Shown one piece after another: positions 58,583 to 64,000 of a DNA stretch of 64,000 bases. The stretch comes from Alphaproteobacteria bacterium (GTDB taxonomy: Bacteria; Pseudomonadota; Alphaproteobacteria; Bin95), in assembly GCA_963665325.3 (NCBI GenBank), contig OZ224045.1, positions 320,001 to 384,000 on the forward strand, written 5' to 3'. The position numbers were made by a program, and so were the translations under genes. The notes beneath the pieces were generated by a model that was not told the origin of the DNA, searched no databases, and saw only the letters and a program-made list of their open reading frames with translations. The number at the start of each line of letters is the position of its first letter. The first letter of the stretch is position 1.

Positions 58583-60018
58583 GGCGAACCCGCCGGCGAC
58601 CGGTCCAGGTAGAAGCGGGTCAGCAGGTTCCGGGCGACCAGCGCCCGGTATTCCGCCGATGCGCGCCAGTCGGAAATCGGCGTGAAGTCGCGGTCCAGCG
58701 CCTGCCGGGCGGCTTCGACCGCCGGTTCGTCCCAATTCCTGCCGCACAGCGCGGCTTCGCCCGCCCTGGCTCGCTTCGGCGTCGCTGCCATGCCGCCGAA
58801 GGCGAGCCGCGCATCCTCGATGCAACCGTCCCGGACGCGAACCATGAAACCGGCGCAGACCGAAGAGATGTCCTCGTCGCGGCGCTTGGAGACTTTGTAG
58901 AAGCCAAGACAGGCATCTGCTGGCGGTCTTGGCACCCGCACCGCTTCCACGAACTCGCCGGGAGCAAGGTCCTGGCGACCATAGTCGATAAAATAGTCCT
59001 CCAGCGGGATGGTGCGCCGCTCCGCGCCGCGGCGCAGGACAAGCTCCGCCCCAAGCGCGATCAGGACGGGCGGCAGGTCGGCGATGGGCGAGCCGTTGGC
59101 GATATTGCCGCCGACCGTGCCCATATTGCGTATCTGCCAGCCGCCGATCCGGCTCCAGTAATCCGCGAGGCCCGGCACTGCCGCCGTCAGCGCGGCTTCC
59201 ACATCCGAATAGGACGCCGCAGCGCCGATCTCGATTGCCTCGTCGTTCACTTCTATCCGGCATAGTCCGTCCAGATGTCCGATGAACACCGCCGGTACGA
59301 TGTCCCGCATGTCCTTGTTGATCCACACGCCGACATCGGTCGCTCCGGCGACGACGGTGGCCGCCGGTCCCGATGCCAGCACTTCCGCGAGATCGTCCTC
59401 ATCGGCAGGAACGACCACGCTGCCGCCGCCCAGCTCCACTCGGCGTCCGTCCGCCAACACCGCGAGGCGCGAGCCGACCGCGCCGCGGTTCTGCACGAGC
59501 CCGTCGTCTTCCGGCAGGCCGTAATCGGCGGCGGCGGCGGCGGCCCGCAGGATCGGCGCGTAGCCGGTACAACGGCAGAGATTTCCCTGAAGAGCCTTTC
59601 GGACTTCGGCGTCCGTCGGCCTCGGCCGTTCCAGCCACAGCGCGTAAAGCGCCATGACGATGCCGGGCGTGCAGAAACCGCACTGGCTGCCGTGGCAATC
59701 GACCATGGCCTGCTGAACGGGATGCAGGCCGCCATTCGGCCCGGACAGATGCTCGACGGTGACGACATGGCATCCGTCCAGGCTCGGCAGGAGCCGGATG
59801 CAACTGTTGACGACCTCGTAGCGGACATCCCCGTCCCGCAACCGGCCCACCATCACCGTGCAGGCGCCGCAATCGCCTTCGGCGCATCCTTCCTTCGTGC
59901 CGCGCAGACCGCGGCGGAGCCTCAGGAATTCGAGCAGGCTGTCGCCCGCGCCGGCATCGCCGAGCGCCACCTCCTCGTCATTGAGCAGGAACCGGAGTTC
60001 GCGCCGCACTGCGGTCAT
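58579..60018 (-). CDS. xdhA: Xanthine dehydrogenase FeS/FAD subunit
   Basis: GTKEGCAEGDCGAC, QCGFCTPG, GNIANGSPIAD and KVSKRRDEDIS motifs. Confidence 0.97.
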   Translation of the reverse strand: MTAVRRELRFLLNDEEVALGDAGAGDSLLEFLRLRRGLRGTKEGCAEGDCGACTVMVGRLRDGDVRYEVVNSCIRLLPSLDGCHVVTVEHLSGPNGGLHPVQQAMVDCHGSQCGFCTPGIVMALYALWLERPRPTDAEVRKALQGNLCRCTGYAPILRAAAAAADYGLPEDDGLVQNRGAVGSRLAVLADGRRVELGGGSVVVPADEDDLAEVLASGPAATVVAGATDVGVWINKDMRDIVPAVFIGHLDGLCRIEVNDEAIEIGAAASYSDVEAALTAAVPGLADYWSRIGGWQIRNMGTVGGNIANGSPIADLPPVLIALGAELVLRRGAERRTIPLEDYFIDYGRQDLAPGEFVEAVRVPRPPADACLGFYKVSKRRDEDISSVCAGFMVRVRDGCIEDARLAFGGMAATPKRARAGEAALCGRNWDEPAVEAARQALDRDFTPISDWRASAEYRALVARNLLTRFYLDRSPAGSP

Positions 60019-60021
60019 GTC

Positions 60022-60375
60022 CTAGCTGCCCCGATAGGTTGAATAGCCGAACGGCGAGAGCAGCAGCGGTACATGGTAGTTGGCCCCGGCATCCGCAATG
60101 CCGAAGCGCACCGGCACCGTATCGAGGAACGGCGTGTCTGCGCCCGCCGCCGCGCGATGATAGGCGCCCGCATCGAACTCGATCTCGTAGACGCCGGGCG
60201 CGAACGCCTCGCCTTTCAACAGCGGCTCGTCGGTCCGCCCGTCGGCATTGGTGACGGTGACCCCCAGCAGGCTCCGGTTGCCCGCCTCCAGCCTGTAGAG
60301 CCTAAGCGCCAGCCCTGCGGCGGGGCGGCCGAGCGCTGTGTCCAAGACATGAGTGGTCAGCCGACCGTCGGGCAT
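60022..60375 (-). CDS. uraH: 5-hydroxyisourate hydrolase
   Basis: [13 protein letters not shown] and YHVPLL motifs, C-terminal YRGS. Confidence 0.97.
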   Translation of the reverse strand: MPDGRLTTHVLDTALGRPAAGLALRLYRLEAGNRSLLGVTVTNADGRTDEPLLKGEAFAPGVYEIEFDAGAYHRAAAGADTPFLDTVPVRFGIADAGANYHVPLLLSPFGYSTYRGS

Positions 60376-60504
60376 GCGCGCCCCCTCGGACTCGTTCGGA
60401 GCCTTCCTGTCGGGAGGCAGTATCCTTGCACGCTAGCAATCCGCATTTTTACAATCAACACAGCTAGGGATTATCAAAAAATGGTTGGCAGGACGGAGAA
60501 AGCA

Positions 60505-61923
60505 ATGCTGCGCTATCCTAGAGACCTGCAAGGTTACGGCGCCGAGCCGCCCGATCCGAAGTGGCCCGGCGGCGCACGCATCGCCGTTCAGTTCGTCATC
60601 AACTACGAGGAAGGTGGCGAGAACTGTATCCTGCACGGAGACCCGGCCTCGGAGGCGTTCCTCTCCGAGATCGTGGGTGCAGCGCCTTGGCCCGGCCAGC
60701 GTCACTGGAACATGGAGTCTATCTACGAATATGGCGCGCGGGCCGGTTTTTGGCGCCTTCACCGGCTGTTCACCGGCCACGGCATCCCGGTCACGGTCTA
60801 TGGCGTGGCAACCGCCCTGGCGCGCTCGCCGGCGCAGGTTGCGGCCATGCAGTCCGCCGGTTGGGAGATCGCCAGCCACGGCCTCAAATGGATCGAATAC
60901 CGGGACATGGCGCCCGAGAGGGAGCGCGAAGACCTGGAGCACGCTATCCGCCTGCACGAGGAAGTGACGGGAGAACGACCCCGCGGCTGGTACACCGGGC
61001 GGTGTTCTGCGAATACCGTTGCGCTTGCCGCAGAGGAAGGCGGTTTCGACTATATTGCAGATGTTTATGCAGACGATCTGCCCTACTGGGTCCGCATCGG
61101 CGCACGCGACCAGCTGATGGTTCCCTACACGCTGGACGCCAACGACATGCGGTTCGCCGTAGCCCAGGGCTTCAATTCCGGCGACCAGTTCTTCGCTTAT
61201 CTGCGCGACAGCTTCGACGCCCTCTATGCCGAGGGCGAAGCCGGCAGCCCGAAAATGCTATCGGTCGGCCTGCATTGCCGGCTCGTCGGACGCCCCGGCC
61301 GCATCATGGCGCTGAAGCGGTTCGTCGAATATGCGGAGGGGCACGAGGCCGTCTGGTTCGCCCGGCGCATCGACATCGCCCGCCACTGGCGAGCCGAGCA
61401 TCCGCCTCCATCAGCGCGAGAGCGACCGTCGTCCATGGACCGCGAATCCTTCGTTTCCAGCTTCGGCGGTGTCTTCGAGCATTCGCCCTGGATCGCGGAA
61501 CGCGCCTGGGAGGATGAACTCGGGCCGGCCCACGACACGGCTGTCGGCCTGCATAGCGCGCTGACGAGGAAATTTCGCTCCGCATCCGAGGCGGAGCGGC
61601 TTGGCGTGCTGAAGGCGCATCCGGACCTGGCGGGAAGGCTGGCGGCTGCGCGCCGCTTGACCGAGGCATCGGCGGCGGAACAGGCATCCGCCGGTCTGGA
61701 CGCGCTGACCGACGCCGACCGTGCTCGCTTCACCGAATTGAACGGCGCCTACACGGCCAAGCACGGCTTTCCGTTCATCATCGCCGTGCGCGACCATGAC
61801 CGTGCGGGCATCCTGCAGGCCTTCGAACGACGCTTGGCGAACGACTCTCCCGCCGAGTTCGCCGAAGCCTGCCGGCAGGTCGAACGGATCGCAGGACTGC
61901 GCCTCTCGGAGATGCTCGACTAG
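60505..61923 (+). CDS. puuE: Allantoinase PuuE fused to a C-terminal OHCU decarboxylase (UraD)
   Basis: NYEEGGE, ESIYEYG, GWYTGR and GLHCRLVGRP motifs, then FEHSPW, HPDLA, EQASAGL and GFPFII. Confidence 0.95.
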   Translation: MLRYPRDLQGYGAEPPDPKWPGGARIAVQFVINYEEGGENCILHGDPASEAFLSEIVGAAPWPGQRHWNMESIYEYGARAGFWRLHRLFTGHGIPVTVYGVATALARSPAQVAAMQSAGWEIASHGLKWIEYRDMAPEREREDLEHAIRLHEEVTGERPRGWYTGRCSANTVALAAEEGGFDYIADVYADDLPYWVRIGARDQLMVPYTLDANDMRFAVAQGFNSGDQFFAYLRDSFDALYAEGEAGSPKMLSVGLHCRLVGRPGRIMALKRFVEYAEGHEAVWFARRIDIARHWRAEHPPPSARERPSSMDRESFVSSFGGVFEHSPWIAERAWEDELGPAHDTAVGLHSALTRKFRSASEAERLGVLKAHPDLAGRLAAARRLTEASAAEQASAGLDALTDADRARFTELNGAYTAKHGFPFIIAVRDHDRAGILQAFERRLANDSPAEFAEACRQVERIAGLRLSEMLD

Positions 61924-62768
61924 GGTCTGTACTCGATTAGGGGATTCCGACAGAGTCTGGAATGTGATTCAAGTTTCCAAACGATATGGAGGTTTGAATG
62001 GCGCGGACGCTGTTTTGGTTGAGCGAGGAGGAATGGACACGGATCGAACCTTGGCTTCCTCATGGTCGTCGCGGCGCACACCGGGTTGATGACCGCCGGG
62101 TGATCTCTGGGATTGTCCACATGTTGAAGACCGGAGCGCGCTGGCGGGATTGTCCGGCGGAGTATGGCCCCTATACGACGATCTACAATCGGTTCAACCG
62201 GTGGAGCAAACAGGGTGTGTGGGAGGATGTGTTCTACGCCCTGTCGGGCTCAAGTGGCGTGATCAGCACGACCGCTGTCGATTCCACCCACGTAAAGGCT
62301 CACCGTTCGGCTGCCGGCGCAAAAGGGGGGAATATGAACACGCGATCGGACGATCTCGCGGCGGACGGACGACCAAGATTCACGCCCTGACCGATGAGGC
62401 CGGCCGGCCCGTGGCATTCACCCTTACGCCCGGCCAGGCCCACGATCTTGCCGGGGTCGGGGCTCTCCTGAAGCAGGTCCCCGCACCAAAGCGATTGATC
62501 GCCGACAGGGCCTACGATGCCCGCAAGTTCCGTAACTGGCTCACCGACCGCGGCTGCGAACCGGTGATACCGCCCCAGTCCACGCGGAAGAACCCGCACT
62601 CCTTCGACGCCACAGCCTACAAGCTCCGTAACCGCATCGAGCGTATGTTCTGTCGCCTCAAAGACTTTCGCCGTATCGCAACCCGCTACGACAAACGCGC
62701 CGATACATTCTTGTCGGCCGTCTTCATCGCCGCAACTCTCGCCTGGTGGGCCAATTGAGTCCCGACCC
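61923..62768 (+). mobile_element. IS5-family insertion sequence (IS427-like group), 846 bp
   Basis: Imperfect terminal inverted repeats GGGTCTGTACTCGATT and GGGTCGGGACTCAATT (13/16), flanked by TA at 61921-61922 and 62769-62770. Confidence 0.95.
61998..62758 (+). CDS. IS5-family transposase in two ORFs joined by a probable -1 frameshift
   Basis: orfA has TGARWRDCP, YNRFNRW and VDST; orfB has GRSRGGRTTKIH, ADRAYD and RRIATRYDK. Slippery AAAAGGGGGG at 62321-62330. Confidence 0.93.
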
Positions 62769-62772
62769 TAGC

Positions 62773-63651
62773 CTACGCCGCGACCGGCCGGGCGGTATCG
62801 CGCACCTGCGTGCGGTGCATGTGGCGGCGGCTGCCGGCAGGCAGTGTATCGCGCCGATGAAGGGTGCAGCGATTGTCCCAGATCACCAGGTCACCGACCT
62901 GCCAATCCTGCGTCCACACGAACCCGCATCGCAGGATATGCGCCCAGATTTCGTCCAGCAGGGCGTCGCTCTCGGAATCGGACAGGCCGACGATCCAGGC
63001 ATTGGGCCGGCGTCCGACGCACAGCGCCTTGCGGCCTGTCCCCGGGTGGAGGAGGACCAGCGGATGGACCGCCCCGGGACGGCCCTCATTCGAATATTCT
63101 TCCTTGTAGCCGTGGCGCAGGCCGCCGTCGGACGAGCGCGTCGCATCGTGCTTGCAACTCAGGCCCTCGATCCGCCGGCGAAGGTCGTCCGGCAGTGCGT
63201 CGTAAGCCTTGTAGAGATTGTAGAATTGCGTGGCGCCGCCCTTTTCCGGGACCTCTATGCCATATAGCAGGCTCGCCTTGGGCGGGATGTCGTTGTAGGT
63301 CATGTCCTGGTGCCAGACGAGCTCCGAGTTGCCTAGCGCGCCGGCCGGCTTTCCGTCCACGACAATATTCGACACCACGACGATCTCGGGACGGTCGGGA
63401 TTGAACGGTTTGCCGCCGCGCCCCGTTGGCGCCATGTCCAATTCTCCGAAGCGGCGAGAGAAAGCGGCCAGCGCATCGTCGTCCAGCGTCTGTCCACGGA
63501 AACGAAGCACGAGATGGTCGTGCCATGCGCCCTCCAGGAAGCGGAATTCGGCGTCGTCGAGCTCCTGCCGGAGATCGACCCCGCTAATGTCCGCGCCGAG
63601 CGCACCGCCGGTCGGAACGATCCGAATGTCTGTTGCCGCCGTTCCGGACAT
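62773..63651 (-). CDS. TauD/TfdA family dioxygenase
   Basis: LGADISGVDL, WHQDMTY, HPGTGRKAL and WDNRCTLHRR motifs. Confidence 0.95.
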   Translation of the reverse strand: MSGTAATDIRIVPTGGALGADISGVDLRQELDDAEFRFLEGAWHDHLVLRFRGQTLDDDALAAFSRRFGELDMAPTGRGGKPFNPDRPEIVVVSNIVVDGKPAGALGNSELVWHQDMTYNDIPPKASLLYGIEVPEKGGATQFYNLYKAYDALPDDLRRRIEGLSCKHDATRSSDGGLRHGYKEEYSNEGRPGAVHPLVLLHPGTGRKALCVGRRPNAWIVGLSDSESDALLDEIWAHILRCGFVWTQDWQVGDLVIWDNRCTLHRRDTLPAGSRRHMHRTQVRDTARPVAA

Positions 63652-63721
63652 GGCTCTCTCCCGATTGCTTGCGCCCCGACGGTAGCGGAAGACGGTACCG
63701 CGAAAAAGTGTCCGGTAACAC

Positions 63722-64000
63722 CTATCTCCGGTCCAATGCCTTCACATGGACGGTCACGACATCCGTGTCGTGATATTGCTGGTGGCGCACCGAGGATGCG
63801 AGATGCCGCAGCAGCCGCAGCGAGATTTCGTGTTCGACCGGCGTGCCGGCGGTGTGCTCTCCGAGCAGCGCGATGCGGTCTTCCAGGTTGCTCTCTTCGC
63901 CGGCGGCAACCACGAATTCCAGCACCGCTCCCCCTTCCTCCCGCGATGCCGAAACACGCAAGCGCCGAGGTCCTGCTATTTCCCTGTCGTCGTTTTGCTC
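63722..64000 (-). CDS. C-terminal part of a protein entering from the right edge, degenerate RsbW/HATPase-like domain
   Basis: Frame is open to the window edge: EQNDDREIAGPRRLRVSASREEGGAVLEFVV...ISLRLLRHLASSVRHQQYHDTDVVTVHV. Confidence 0.6.
   Translation of the reverse strand, partial: EQNDDREIAGPRRLRVSASREEGGAVLEFVVAAGEESNLEDRIALLGEHTAGTPVEHEISLRLLRHLASSVRHQQYHDTDVVTVHVKALDRR

Noticed and set aside
55044-59326. Apparent giant ORFs (730 and 1017 aa) suggesting extended PuuD or XdhB
   Set aside because: The N-terminal extensions are off-frame overlaps with upstream genes; real starts are at 56273 and 58582.
1-64000. tRNA, rRNA, CRISPR array, prophage or defence island
   Set aside because: Intergenic gaps are short (mostly under 200 nt) and none showed such patterns by eye; a covariance-model search would be needed to exclude small RNAs.

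Overview
GC-rich, gene-dense chromosomal window from an alphaproteobacterium. The placement is inferred from protein style, the divergent tyrS/anmK pair, pyrB-pyrC' and the puuD/puuE purine cluster. The many TauD/PhyH dioxygenases, CoA enzymes and peptide-type ABC systems would fit a marine host-associated lineage, but that is inference only. Housekeeping genes (rpsB, pyrB/pyrC', DEAD-box helicase, tyrS, anmK, purB) are interspersed with catabolic modules: an uncharacterised molybdenum hydroxylase with MoaD and NnrS, two Dpp/Opp-type ABC clusters (both with lesions), a Bfd-MaoC-ACAD-ECH operon, an Ltp2-like aldolase/DUF35 pair divergent from three 2OG-Fe(II) dioxygenases, an opine-dehydrogenase-like trio, and a purine degradation cluster. 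There is one phd-vapC toxin-antitoxin pair and one IS5-family element inserted exactly in the puuE stop codon. I saw no rRNA, tRNA or CRISPR array. I cannot demonstrate an unambiguously new system from sequence alone. The best candidates are the 34.4-40.0 kb aldolase/dioxygenase island, the AYRAPG-type Mo enzyme with its own sulfur carrier, a stand-alone ALDH1L1-like formyl-THF hydrolase, and a recurring leaderless-promoter architecture. All family assignments come from motif recognition by eye, not from database searches.
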